DNA of 36,361 nucleotides from Octopus bimaculoides (GCF_001194135.2 NC_068987.1:67152841-67189201); one strand, 5' to 3'; positions 1-14,098 are shown, counted from the first letter of the stretch. A program made the numbers and translations. The notes: generated by a model from the sequence alone, not told the origin.

Positions 1-31
<31 letters not shown>

Positions 32-1173
32 ATGTGAGTGTGTATATGTGTGTGTGCGTGTGTGTGTGTAATACACAACAAAAACAACAGTCTTGAATAC
101 CAAAGCAAGACAAGAATAACAAAACATGAAACTACATAAAGAAAATATATAAAATGAAAATGAAAATAAAATAAAATATTTTTTTAATGTCTGAAAAAAC
201 AATTCTGTATATTTTTCTACATATTTCTTTTCTCTCTCTATGTCTTCCTTATTTTCACTTTGAGTAAGTCTCTTTCTCTCTGTGTCAATCTGTCTTTCTC
301 TCTGTGTCAATCTGTCTTTCTCTCTTTCTCTCTCAATCTGCCATTTATATATTTTTTTTCTTTAAATACATTTTTTCCTTACTCATAATTTTTCATAAAA
401 TCAGATGTGGCAACGTAAAAGAAAATAAGAAATAAAAAAAAATAGATGTGAATAAAAAAAATAATCCAAATAAATAGAAATTAAATGGCAAAGAAATGAA
501 TTGGTGATACATAAATATGTCAAAAATAATAATAATGATAATGCATACATACACACAGACACGTATATATATATGTATATATGCACATATAGATATATAT
601 GTGTGCGGGTGTATACATACACATATATACTCACACGCACAAACACACACATATATGCATAATCACATATTCATACGTAAAGATTATATAGTAATATAGA
701 TACATACATTATATANNNNNNNNNNNNNNNNNNNNNNNNNNNNNNNNNNNNNNNNNNNNNNNNNNNNNNNNNNNNNNNNNNNNNNNNNNNNNNNNNNNNN
801 NNNNNNNNNNNNNNNNNNNNNNNNNNNNNNNNNNNNNNNNNNNNNNNNNNNNNNNNNNNNNNNNNNNNNNNNNNNNNNNNNNNNNNNNNNNNNNNNNNNN
901 NNNNNNNNNNNNNNNNNNNNNNNNNNNNNNNNNNNNNNNNNNNNNNNNNNNNNNNNNNNNNNNNNNNNNNNNNNNNNNNNNNNNNNNNNNNNNNNNNNNN
1001 NNNNNNNNNNNNNNNNNNNNNNNNNNNNNNNNNNNNNNNNNNNNNNNNNNNNNNNNNNNNNNNNNNNNNNNNNNNNNNNNNNNNNNNNNNNNNNNNNNNN
1101 NNNNNNNNNNNNNNNNNNNNNNNNNNNNNNNNNNNNNNNNNNNNNNNNNNNNNNNNNNNNNNNNNNNNNNNNN

Positions 1174-1204
<31 letters not shown>

Positions 1205-1789
1205 AGATGCACATACATGTATGTTTTATATGTATGTACGTATATGAATGTATGTAATTATATAAATACACACGCAAAAATTTCAAATAAGTAAAGAATA
1301 AACAAAGAAAACAGAAAAGAAGAAAGAAAATAGAAAAAAAAAACGACAGACAGAAAACTGAAATGTAAAACAAAAAAAAAAGAGAGTCAACTATGAGAAT
1401 GAAAAAATGTTAGGATATAACAAAAAAAAACTCAACAAAAAACGTTAAAATTAATAAAAAATACTTGAAGAATAAGGAATAAAAAAAAAATTGGGGAGAA
1501 TTTATATGAAGGAAAGGGATAATGTCATACTTGCGTGAAAGACGTTTGGAATTATGGCATTTTAAAAGAAAGAAAAAAAATATGGGGTGGTGGTATTATA
1601 GGGGAAGGTAAAGAGGAATTGGTAGAGAGAGGGAATAGAGGGGGAGAGAGTGGTAGATAGATAAAAAGAGAGAGATCGTGTGTGTATGAAAGAGAGAAAG
1701 ACTGTGTGTATGAGAGAGGTGGGGGGTGTGTGTACATGGGTGTGGTATAAAGAAGGAGATAAATAATGAAAAGTGTTGAGAGGTAGAAT

Positions 1790-2645
1790 GCAAATAAGAG
1801 AATGAAAGAGAGAGAGAGAGAGAGAGAGAGATAAAGAGAGAGAAAAAGAGAGAGAGAGAGAGAATGAGAGCGAGTGAGTAGGAGAAACTTATATATGTAC
1901 ATATATATATATNNNNNNNNNNNNNNNNNNNNNNNNNNNNNNNNNNNNNNNNNNNNNNNNNNNNNNNNNNNNNNNNNNNNNNNNNNNNNNNNNNNNNNNN
2001 NNNNNNNNNNNNNNNNNNNNNNNNNNNNNNNNNNNNNNNNNNNNNNNNNNNNNNNNNNNNNNNNNNNNNNNNNNNNNNNNNNNNNNNNNNNNNNNNNNNN
2101 NNNNNNNNNNNNNNNNNNNNNNNNNNNNNNNNNNNNNNNNNNNNNNNNNNNNNNNNNNNNNNNNNNNNNNNNNNNNNNNNNNNNNNNNNNNNNNNNNNNN
2201 NNNNNNNNNNNNNNNNNNNNNNNNNNNNNNNNNNNNNNNNNNNNNNNNNNNNNNNNNNNNNNNNNNNNNNNNNNNNNNNNNNNNATATATACATACATAC
2301 ACACATATACATACATGCATACATATATATATATACATATATATATACATACATACATATATAATATCTACATATACACATACATGTATTCATATATATA
2401 CACATATATATGCATATATGTGTGTGTACATACATACATGGAACGAGAAAGTGAGAGAGAGAGTGTAGGTAGAAAGAGAGAGAGAGGGAGAGACAGAGAG
2501 TGAGAGAGAGAGAGACAGAGAGAGAGAAGGAGAGAGAGATGAGAATACAGGGAGCATTAGAGAGAAAGTAATGAATTAATAGGATGTTTAGCTGTAGAGG
2601 CAAAGAAATATTGAAAATGTCGTGGAGTAAGAACGGGTGTGAATT

Positions 2646-2693
<48 letters not shown>

Positions 2694-3030
2694 AAGAAGA
2701 ACAGAGAGACAGAATATGATGTGCAACGATACAATTTTTGAGGAGAACGGGTGTAAAATAATGTAAGAGAGCTTTATATATATATACATACATACATATA
2801 TATGTATGTATATATCTACGTGTACGTACGCATACGCACCCGTTGCGCATACACGCACATATGTGTGCAGAGAAAATCGGAGGGTGGAGGAAAGAGAGAG
2901 GGAAAGACAATGAGAAAGTAAGAGAAAGAAGAAAAGTAAATGTGTTAAGAAGCATAGAAAATAATTGGAAAATTGGCGAGAAAAATTGTAGAAAGTGAGC
3001 TGAGAAAGGAGATAAAGCTACTGACAGAGA

Positions 3031-3076
<46 letters not shown>

Positions 3077-3160
3077 NNNNNNNNNNNNNNNNNNNNNNNN
3101 NNNNNNNNNNNNNNNNNNNNNNNNNNNNNNNNNNNNNNNNNNNNNNNNNNNNNNNNNNNN

Positions 3161-3204
<44 letters not shown>

Positions 3205-3206
3205 TA

Positions 3207-3242
<36 letters not shown>

Positions 3243-3674
3243 AACAGAGAGAAACAGAGAAAGAAAGGAAAAGAGAGACTGATAGGCACAGATGATAGAG
3301 AAGATGTTCAATTGGAGAGCTCCAGAAATGTTTGCTTCGAGAGAAAGAATTAACTTAAGAGAGAGGGTGACAGAAAGAAAGAGAATGTTTAAAATTACAA
3401 GAGAGAGAGAGAGAGAGGGGGGGAGAGAGAGGGAGACAGAGAAAGGGAGAGAGGGAGTGAAAGTGAGAGAGGGAGTGAAAGAGAAATTGGAGAAGGTGAA
3501 AATAGAAGAGTTATTATTTTAGAGATAGGACACGTTAGAGTGTTAAGGAGACAAACTATGATAATGTGAAATGTGAAAGAGAGAGAGAGAGAGAGGGAAG
3601 GAGAAAGTGAAGGAGAAAGGGAGAGAAAGAGTAATGAGAGAAAAACAGAGAAAGTAGCAAGAGAAGAGAAGAGA

Positions 3675-3716
<42 letters not shown>

Positions 3717-3908
3717 AAATGAATTTCTAAATGTCTAAAATGCTAAAGAGAGAAGTATAAAAACAAATTAAAGAGCGTAAAAGTATTAGAGAAAGTGAAA
3801 ATGAGAGAGATGAGGGAGTGAGTAAGAGAGGGTGGGTGAGCAGAAATAAAGAAAAGCGAGGTGAAGATAGAGGTATACAAGCAAAGAAAAGAGATGTGCA
3901 AATGAAAG

Positions 3909-3965
<57 letters not shown>
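1790..3965. repeat. Large GA/TA-rich compound microsatellite region with gaps
   Basis: Extended (GA)n, (TA)n and (CA)n tracts with N gaps. Confidence 0.9.
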
Positions 3966-3968
<3 letters not shown>

Positions 3969-4182
3969 GATGGGAGAACGTGATAAATGATTGCGTTATA
4001 CACAAACACACACACACACAAAGACACATACACACATTAACTAAATGGCTATCAACTCGATTGTTTTTTGTTCCAATACCGGAACTCCCCACTCAGTGAA
4101 TTGTAACCGGCTGAGTATCTCATAAAGATTTATATCTGTAAAGTTTGAGTCAGTATTTCTGTATGTGATACTAAAGATACTG

Positions 4183-4250
4183 TGTGACACCGTGTCACAC
4201 CACGTGACACGGTGTCACATGATGTTACACCATGTGGCACTGTGTGACTC
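4183..4250. repeat. Degenerate 10-bp minisatellite containing a perfect 16-bp inverted repeat
   Basis: Units resemble nntgtgacac. TGTGACACCGTGTCAC (4183-4198) is the reverse complement of 4204-4219. Confidence 0.85.
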
Positions 4251-4258
4251 TGAATTAT

Positions 4259-4632
4259 TGGTTGGTTGGCACTCCGTCGGTTACGACGACGAGGGTTCCA
4301 GTTAATCCGATCAACGGAACAGCCTGCTCGTGAAATTAACGTGCAAGTGGCTGAGCACTCCACAGATACCTATACCCTTAACGTAGTTCTCGGGGAGATT
4401 CAGCGTGACACAAAATGTGACAAGGCTGGCCCTTTTGAAAAACTGGAAGAAAGAGTGAGAGAAAGTTGTGGTGAAAGAGTACACCAGGGATCGCCACCAT
4501 GCCCCGCCGGAGCCTTTTGGAACTTTAGGTGTTTTCGCTCAATAAACACTCACAACGCCGGTCTGGGAATCGAAACTGCGATCCTGCGATCGCGAGTCCA
4601 CTGCCCTAACCACTGGGCCATTGCGCCTCCAC
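4259..4632 (-). mobile_element. tRNA-derived SINE (family C here), full length with 13-bp TSD
   Basis: Minus-strand head GGAGGCGCAATGGCCCAGTGGTTAGGGC with A box TGGCCCAGTGG and B box GTTTCGATTCC; (CCAA)3 tail. The direct repeat GACTCTGAATTAT occurs at 4246-4258 and 4633-4645. Confidence 0.9.
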
Positions 4633-4804
4633 GACTCTGAATTATAATCATAGTTAATCCGATGGTTTTCGTACANNNNNNNNNNGGTAGATGTTTTACG
4701 AAGGGTGATGCGCTGAAGGAGCGAACTTAAGGTTCTACGAGTGTGAAAAATATATGCTTGTATACATACGCGTGTTCACTCGGACATACAAACTCATATA
4801 TATA

Positions 4805-4950
4805 TCGCACTCGCACGCGCACGCACTCGCACGCGCACGCACTCGCACGCGCACGCACTCGCACGCGCACGCACTCGGACGCGCACGCACTCACACGCGC
4901 ACGCACTCGCACGCGCACGCACTCGCACGCGCACGCGCACGCACTCGCAT
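4805..4950. repeat. (CGCACT/CGCACG)-type GC-rich simple repeat
   Basis: Directly visible tandem cgcactcgcacgcgca units. Confidence 0.9.
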
Positions 4951-5091
4951 ACGAGGAAAATATTTATTGAGTAAGGCAAGTGGGAGGAAATGACTAAGCG
5001 AGAAGAGGATAAAACAGATAGAATAAAAAAGAAATGAAACAAATAGAAAGGTAAACTTAGGAGATAAATAGATAGATAGAGAGGGAGAGGG

Positions 5092-5122
<31 letters not shown>

Positions 5123-5403
5123 GAAAGAAAGAGGGAGAGTAAGAGAAAGAAAGAGGGAGAGTGAGAGAAAGAAAGAGGGAGAGTGAGAGAAAGAAATTGA
5201 GGAAAAGACAAATTCGAGAGGGAGAGAGACAGAGAAAGAGAGAGGGAGAGAAACGGAGAGACCGAGCAATGTACATTAAAGCAGAGATTAAAAAAAGATA
5301 ATATTCACATCATCCCCTAAACAGACGTACACACATCCACCCGTATACTCTCTCTCTCTGTGCCACATACACACACACACACTCACGCGCGCGCATACAC
5401 ACG

Positions 5404-6400
5404 TACGTGAAGGTTTATTCGTTGAACTGAAATTAACTCCTAACATTTTATTAACTAACATTTGTCGTTCAAATTGTAACTTTTGCTCTATGTAAGATAT
5501 ATATTAACTCAACATAGTCTCCATCGCCAGCAATATGTTTTGCACCATTGTCGAACGCAACTTCCAAATTCTGTGAGAATATTCTGGCGTGTAGTATTGT
5601 TCCCATTTCTTTACAGCCCCTTTCATGAGGCCTGTGTCATCAAATCGTTGTTCTTGAGGACCGCTTTTCATTAAACCGAACGTGTGGAAGCCGAAAGGTG
5701 TCAGTCAGGTCTGCAGGTTGGATGGGGAACCATTGATCAGCTCAACTGGCCGAGGACCTTAGTAGTTACTCAAAATAAATGTGGTCATGCATTTTCGTGG
5801 TGAATGTGGATTTTTTCAGAGTCTTGTCCATCTTTCTCCTTCCTAATAGCTACTTTAAGCATCTTTAACATCTCGATATATCGCTCACCTTTCACACTAC
5901 AACCACGTTCCAGAAAATCAAGGAACATCATGCCCTCGTCATCTCTCAATACAGCTTGTTTTTCTGCACTGATCGTTCACATGGAGAAGTTTAATGTCAT
6001 TCCATGGATATGAGCCTTCCAATATGGATCCTAAAAATATACCTACTTTTCATCTTTAGTCATTAGATAACAAGAAATTTGTCTTCATTAGTTTCAAATG
6101 TTTTCAGCAGATCAGAGCAAACTTTTACACTTCGACTCCTCTACCCTTCTCTCCTTCAAATCGGGTATCAACTATCGATATACTCTTTGCACACACTTAC
6201 CTATACACAATATTCCACTATCCACTGTAACTAATTTTCATCACAGCAGTAAGCGCACGGATTCTAACTCGTCTGTCTAGCATGGGCGAATCATGTCAGT
6301 GGTCGCAGATGATGATTTGCCACTGCGTGATCTGGAGTCAATGCTGGTTTCTTCCTTACTTCTTTAAAGTTCCTCATCCAACTCTAAACATGGAATTATG
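5404..6400 (-). mobile_element. Degenerate mariner transposon (transposase pseudogene)
   Basis: Minus-strand remnants: DRRVRIR; VCAK; ..DEGMMFLDFLERGCSVKGERYIEMLKMLKVAIRK..HHENA*PH (the HDNARPH motif); C-terminal ..GDGDYVE. Many stops and frameshifts; TA at 5404-5405. Confidence 0.8.
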
Positions 6401-6409
6401 AATATAGTG

Positions 6410-7245
6410 AAGGTGTGAAATATAGCTTAATGACGATTATGGCACCGATTGACCTTGAAATTTGCTGTGCATGCGCACTAAGTTTCAACACTCTAGCTCA
6501 CTTCCGATATTTGCAGTAGTGCTTGGAAGGAAAGTGTGTAGCAAAGTGATCGTCGCATTGACCATGAGAAAGAAAGTTGTCATGGAAGTAGCTGCTCAGA
6601 GGCTTACGCAAGATTGCAGAAAGTGTATGGAGAGAATGTATGAGCTGCACGCAAGTGTACGAATGTTTCAGATGATCCCGAAAAATGTCGATATTGACGA
6701 ACATTCTGGGAGACTTGCAACCACCAGAACTGAGAAAAACATCGCAGATTTGTGTGCAGCTCTGAGGAGAAATCGTCGAATCACCATTCGTGAGTTACCC
6801 GGGGATGTGCCCATTTGTTATAGTTCAGTTCAGTCCATTATCACGGAAGATCTGGGTATGAGACGCGTGTCTGCTAAGTGTGTGCCAAATCTGCTTTCAG
6901 CTGACCAAAAAGACACCCAGGTATCAGTTGCACAAAATCTCTTTGATTGTACTGAGAACAATGAAAGCCTTTTTGAAAACTTTGCGTAAGCCTCTGAGCA
7001 GGTTTCGCCAAGCTTTTGGCAAAATTTGATGTAGATTCTCTGCTTAACGTTCTCTGTCATAGTCATGCGTCGACTACACGCTACACACGTTCCTTCCAAG
7101 CGCTACTGTAAACAGCGGAAGTGAGCTATAACGTTAAAACTTAGTGCGCATGCACAGCAGAGATTAAGATCAATCGGCTTTACTCTGCGTGCTTTAGCTT
7201 CGTTACTATGCCAACAATCCGGATACTTATTGATCAGGCCACGTA
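6410..7245. mobile_element. Rearranged (foldback) mariner: plus-strand 5' half of transposase fused to an inverted copy of its 5' end
   Basis: Plus ORF has DEHSGRLATTRTEKNIA..RRITIREL..LGMRRVSAKCVPNLLS. Minus strand has MTENVKQRIYIKFCQKLGETCSEAYAK. Inverted similarity between ~6447-6611 and ~6982-7178. TIR-like TACGTGGCCTGATCAATAAGTATCCGGA at ~7218-7245. Confidence 0.8.
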
Positions 7246-7249
7246 TATG

Positions 7250-7522
7250 TAGTTTATATCCAGTTAAAAGAAGAAAAGAAAATGGAGATAAGGAAGTTAA
7301 CAATTACTTATTATTAAGAGATTGGCCATCTTCGCTTCTTACAGCCGTTTCAATTACTACTCAATATTATACTCATATCACACAAATAAAAATTTAATGC
7401 ACAGATTTGTAATTAAATTATTGAGTATGAATTGAAACGGCTTCAAGAAGTGTGTTAATAATAAATAATTGCTAACATCTTTATTACTATCTCTTTTTCT
7501 TCTTTTAACTGGATATAAACTA
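7250..7522. mobile_element. MITE-like foldback element
   Basis: Perfect 28-bp terminal inverted repeat (7250-7277 / 7495-7522). Imperfect pairing continues inward for more than 100 bp. No ORF. Confidence 0.75.
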
Positions 7523-7641
7523 TATGCTTAACATATACCGTTTGTTTTGAGGAAATTTCATTCCCCAATAATACTAGGTATTGAACCAGTATTTCCTTGG
7601 ATATAACCATCCCTTGACGAGGTTAACATATACTCTAATTT

Positions 7642-7674
<33 letters not shown>

Positions 7675-7823
7675 CACACACGCACATATATATACATATA
7701 CATTTTTCATATATGGACATGTATATTTTTATTTGCGCTTGCGTTTCTACTTGTATCATGCTACAAGCACACACACACACACGCACGTACGCACGCGCGC
7801 ACACACACACACACGCACGCACG

Positions 7824-7900
<77 letters not shown>

Positions 7901-7994
7901 ATAACCTTGGTTTCTTCCTTTACATCTCCCGTAGCTGAACTGTTCAGCAAAAGAGAAAGAGTAAATATCAAACTTCAAAATATAAAAAAAAGTA

Positions 7995-8075
7995 CAGGGC
8001 TCGATTGGTTTGACTAAATATTTTCGCCGGTGCTCCAGCATGGTCGCAGTCCAATGGCTGAATCAAATAAAACAA
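7995..8075 (+). mobile_element. 3' tail fragment of family A SINE
   Basis: ggtgctccagcatggtcgcagtccaatggctgaa matches the tails at 13580-13620 and (reversed) 18455-18490. Confidence 0.7.
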
Positions 8076-8399
8076 TTTTCTGTTGGTATTTTTATCATGG
8101 GTAATATTTTTTGGATTTCTATTTATTTGAATTTAAAATTATATTTTGTAAATAATTGTCTTCCGTCACGGAATCCGACAGGTCTGTAACTGGTTCATTG
8201 CATTTTTGATAGCGTGGTGGTTATCAGAAACCTCCTTCATGCATGGTGTTGCACTGCGTGTTCGTGTGATTATTTCTCTGTATGAAATTTGATGGTCCAA
8301 CCACCATCTCTGAAGTGACAATTCCGTCTCCATTTTGATATATTATATTCAGAGCTTCGTTATCAAAATATACTTATTTACAGTCAATATAGGAGGTTT

Positions 8400-8770
8400 A
8401 AATTTGAAGGCAATTTGGCTACTATTCCCAGCTGGTCGAAAAACTTCTTTGAGATACTTTCTTTGGCTTGTGATGTTTGTTTTTGTTCGCAGATCTTTGA
8501 GCTGGTATAGATCTTAGATGGAATTAGTTTAGTATTCCAACTATTATTCATATAAAAATTGTCCTCCTTCAACACATTCTTGACAGCTCTAACTGGAGTT
8601 CTTAGAACTTATCGATTTTTTTCAAATTTCCTTTGAGCAATGGTGTGGTCTATGGGTGTAGCAATGTCGATTATAAAACATTCATTTGTGTATTTATCGA
8701 CAACTACAATATCAGATCTTTTGTGTTTTATGACCTGGTCATTTTGGATGTTAGACTCACATAATTTATT
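8400..8770 (-). mobile_element. Fragment of RLE-type (R4/Dong-like) LINE, endonuclease domain
   Basis: NDQVIKHKRSDIVVVDKYTNECFIIDIATPIDHTIAQRKFEK fits the PD-(D/E)xK RLE pattern, followed by a frameshifted IIVGIL segment. Confidence 0.75.
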
Positions 8771-9379
8771 AGAACTCCTATTTTTTTTTGTGCCAGCAAC
8801 CTTGCATATACATACATACAAACATACATACATACATACATACATACATACATAGATAATATACACACATGTATATATATGTTACATTTTAACCTTACAG
8901 AAGGAAAGCTTGAGTGTGGGAGCGTGTGCAATGTGTGTGCGTGTATTTGTGTTTATATAGTTTATATATACATGGATGTATATATCTACATTGATATATA
9001 TGTGCATATATATGTATGATTGTGTGTGTGTGTGTGTATGCACAGACACGCACATGCCCGCAAGAAACGGACGCACACACATAAATTTAAAGGGATGTGC
9101 GTATGTATGCATACATACCTTTGTATTTCTATATTCATGTACATATATATTTGAGTACGTACATATATATANNNNNNNNNNNNNNNNNNNNNNNNNNNNN
9201 NNNNNNNNNNNNNNNNNNNNNNNNNNNNNNNNNNNNNNNNNNNNNNNNNNNNNNNNNNNNNNNNNNNNNNNNNNNNNNNNNNNNNNNNNNNNNNNNNNNN
9301 NNNNNNNNNNNNNNNNNNNNNNNNNNNNNNNNNNNNNNNNNNNNNNNNNNNNNNNNNNNNNNNNNNNNNNNNNNNNNNN

Positions 9380-9414
<35 letters not shown>

Positions 9415-9940
9415 TATACATACATATATAGATATGTTTGAATATGCATATATTTGTACATACATTATACATACATACGTGAATGTATATATAAATATCT
9501 AGACACACTAAGACACGCCCGCGCGCACACTCACACGCACACACATATAGATACACATATATGTAAATATATATAACATTTGTTGGTTTTTTTCCATTGG
9601 AAATAGGAGCCATAATTCAAATAAGGACTTCAATACAGTAATTAGTAGAAGGTATGCAAATGTATTCAATAAATGGCTCTTACGCAAATAATTCTATTAT
9701 ATTCATGATGATTTCTTTAATATGTAAGAAAGCTAGTCCTTTGTCACTTACATGCATGTAGTTTTCTTTGAGCTTTATTTAAGTTCTTCATAAGAGACTT
9801 CAAGCTGGTCACTAACAGAGCGACACATATTTTTGAATTTAGAGAATAACCGATGTTTGTAAATATGTGGTTGAGTTGCTGTGTGGGTTGAGATGCTGAT
9901 GCACACACCATAGTGTGTGCATCTATCCACCTAAAGGATC

Positions 9941-10010
9941 TCAGATAGAGAATCTTTGGAATCTCTTACATATCTTCAGTGTGCCACTAATAGATTGGGT
10001 TCGGAGAATC
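9941..10010 (-). mobile_element. Possible C-terminal remnant of another RLE LINE
   Basis: RTQSISGTLKICKRFQRFSI* resembles RLE-LINE C-termini as I recall them. Short, no other support. Confidence 0.35.
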
Positions 10011-10335
10011 CGTATCAGTTTTCTTTGCTCTTTCTTCCAAAATCCTAGTACTCCTAGGTTTTCGTGTAAATTTGTTGGTACATAACCTATGTATGTAAAG
10101 TATGCGTGTATGTCTGTATGTATCCATGTAATGTATGTATATATGTATATATATATATATGTACATATATATGTATGTATGTGTCTGTGTGTCTATGTGT
10201 GTATGTAATGTATGCATGTAATGTATATATGTATGCATGTAATGTATATATGTATGTATGTATGTATGTATGTAAGTATGTATGTATGTATGCATGTATG
10301 TATGTAATATATGCATGTAATGTATGTGTGTACGC

Positions 10336-10381
<46 letters not shown>

Positions 10382-10643
10382 TGTATGTATGTAATGTATA
10401 TAAGAATGTATGTATGTATATAAGTATGCATATATGTATGTAATGTATGTATGCAATGTATGAATGTGCGTATCTATGTATGTATATATGTATGTCATCA
10501 TTCAGTTTTATTTCAAAGTTTTTTGCCAGTAGAAATAGAACGGGTATCTAACCTAGATCCACAGCTCCTTCATTGGAATTTCAACAACAACAAAAGGATG
10601 AAAAGAGTATTCGTACAGAACATAAATAACTGATAATTCTGAT

Positions 10644-11992
<1,349 letters not shown>

Positions 11993-12589
11993 TGTATATA
12001 TATATATATNNNNNNNNNNNNNNNNNNNNNNNNNNNNNNNNNNNNNNNNNNNNNNNNNNNNNNNNNNNNNNNNNNNNNNNNNNNNNNNNNNNNNNNNNNN
12101 NNNNNNNNNNNNNNNNNNNNNNNNNNNNNNNNNNNNNNNNNNNNNNNNNNNNNNNNNNNNNNNNNNNNNNNNNNNNNNNNNNNNNNNNNNNNNNNNNNNN
12201 NNNNNNNNNNNNNNNNNNNNNNNNNNNNNNNNNNNNNNNNNNNNNNNNNNNNNNNNNNNNNNNNNNNNNNNNNNNNNNNNNNNNNNNNNNNNNNNNNNNN
12301 NNNNNNNNNNNNNNNNNNNNNNNNNNNNNNNNNNNNNNNNNNNNNNNNNNNNNNNNNNNNNNNNNNNNNNNNNNNNNNNNNNNNNNNNNNNNNNNNNNNN
12401 NNNNNNNNNNNNNNNNNNNNNNNNNNNNNNNNNNNNNNNNNNNNNNNNNNNNNNNNNNNNNNNNNNNNNNNNNNNNNNNNNNNNNNNNNNNNNNNNNNNN
12501 NNNNNNNNNNNNNNNNNNNNNNNNNNNNNNNNNNNNNNNNNNGTGTAGTGTATATGCATGTATATATATCTATGTCTGTGTATTCGTGT

Positions 12590-12875
12590 TTGCGTTTGTT
12601 TCCCACCACCGCTAGACTGCTGGTGTCGTTTTGCTGGTGTCGTTTTGCTGGTGTCGTTTTGCTGGTGTCGTTTTGCTGGTGTCGTTTTGCTGGTGTCGTT
12701 TTGCTGGTGTCGTTTTGCTTGTGTCCCAGTATCTTAGGGACTTCGCAAAAGATAACCTGTAGAATAACTACCAAGCTTAAAAATAAGTATTGGGGTCGAT
12801 TTGTTCGACTAACCCACTTCACAGCGGTTTTCCAGCATGATTACAATCCAATAACTGAAACAAGTAAAAAATAAA
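12590..12875 (+). mobile_element. 3' half of family A SINE with an internal 14-bp tandem expansion
   Basis: Tail motifs ggggtcgatttgttcgacta and ccagcatg..actgaaacaagtaaaa. (GCTGGTGTCGTTTT)x7 at 12619-12716. Confidence 0.75.
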
Positions 12876-12885
12876 ATATAAAAGA

Positions 12886-13392
12886 CTTAGTGGCTGTGGG
12901 GTAAGAAGCTTGCTTCCCAACCACATGGTTCCGGGTTCTGTCCCACTGCGTGGGACCTTGGGCTAGTGTCTTCTACTATATACTCAGGTCGACCAAAGCC
13001 TTGTGAATGAATTTAGTAGACGGAATCTGAAAGAAGCCCGTCGTATGTATATATTTACGAAAATTTACGAAAAAAAACAACAGACGAGGACAGGTGGTGT
13101 AAACAACAAAAGGATGTATTAGTTTAACGCTCGGGAATAGAGAAAGTCTTTAACGTTTCGAGCTAAGCTCTTCAACAAAAAGAATAAGGAGAAAACAAGG
13201 AGAAAAACACGGAGAAAAAAAATTGAATGTTGTGGTCAGCGATCTATCATGGCGACTGCCGGACAGAAAGTTCCATATTTNNNNNNNNNNNNNNNNNNNN
13301 NNNNNNNNNNNNNNNNNNNNNNNNNNNNNNNNNNNNNNNNNNNNNNNNNNNNNNNNNNNNNNNNNNNNNNNNNNNNNNNNNNNNNNNNNNNN

Positions 13393-13436
<44 letters not shown>

Positions 13437-13630
13437 TGAGTTTGTCCCCCCCTACATCGTTTGACAACCAATGTTGGGGTGTTTACGTCCCTGTAACTTT
13501 GCGGTTCGGCACAAGGGAACGATAAAATAAGTACTAGGCTTACAAAGAATAAGTCCTGGGGTCAATTTGTTCGACTAAAGGCGGTGCTCCAGCAAGGCCG
13601 CAGTCAAATGACTGAAGTAAAAGAATATAA
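12886..13630 (+). mobile_element. Family A CORE-like tRNA SINE (resembles Octopus OR2): head 12886-13050, tail 13430-13630, interrupted by a Penelope-like remnant and a gap
   Basis: A/B-box head tggctgtggggtaag..gggttctgtccc, CORE-like accttgggctagtgtc, internal (TG)n and typical tail. Family name is from memory. Confidence 0.8.
13065..13255 (-). mobile_element. Penelope-like terminal (pLTR) remnant with degenerate minimal hammerhead motif, copy 1
   Basis: Closely similar to 22465-22652. Minus strand CTTT-TTGTTGA-AGAGC(TTA)GCTC-GAAACGTT-AAAG at 13148-13182. Confidence 0.6.
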
Positions 13631-14007
13631 GTACATATACGCGCGTGTGTGTACGTACGTACGTATGTATGCATGTATGTATGTATGTATAGATGTATGT
13701 AAGCGTGTCTTTTTGGAACATTTTGCCATTTACCTTGTTCTGTTTCTCAATGATTTCAAAATCAATATTCCTGTAGTGGTTTCAAGGTGGGGACGAATTT
13801 CCTCATTTGGGCATCTTTTGTAGAGCTCTTAAGTGTTTATAACTAATAAACTGCGTACATCACATTCTCTGCCTTTTTCAGGACAAAGCTTACATTTTTG
13901 CACAGAGTTTATAGTTTTACGTTTGTATGCTTGAGATCTTCAGGTCCTAGATACTTATTCTGAACGAAACTTGTGATGAGAGCCTACTAATTATTATAAT
14001 TATGAAA

Positions 14008-14034
14008 ACAACAGCAACAACAACAACAACAACA

Positions 14035-14098
<64 letters not shown>
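14008..14098. repeat. (AAC)n followed by (TAC)n microsatellite
   Basis: Directly visible. Confidence 0.95.

Noticed and set aside
4080-4135. Minus-strand candidate exon (INLYEILSRLQFTEWGVP) after ctgac..tttacag
   Set aside because: Weak donor (GTATTG), phase not linkable to the other exons, no recognisable domain.
4560-4632. tRNA gene
   Set aside because: The tRNA-like head continues into a SINE body with a tail and TSD, so it is not a free-standing tRNA.
12619-12716. CRISPR-like look of the 14-bp repeats
   Set aside because: Head-to-tail units with no spacers, inside a eukaryotic SINE.
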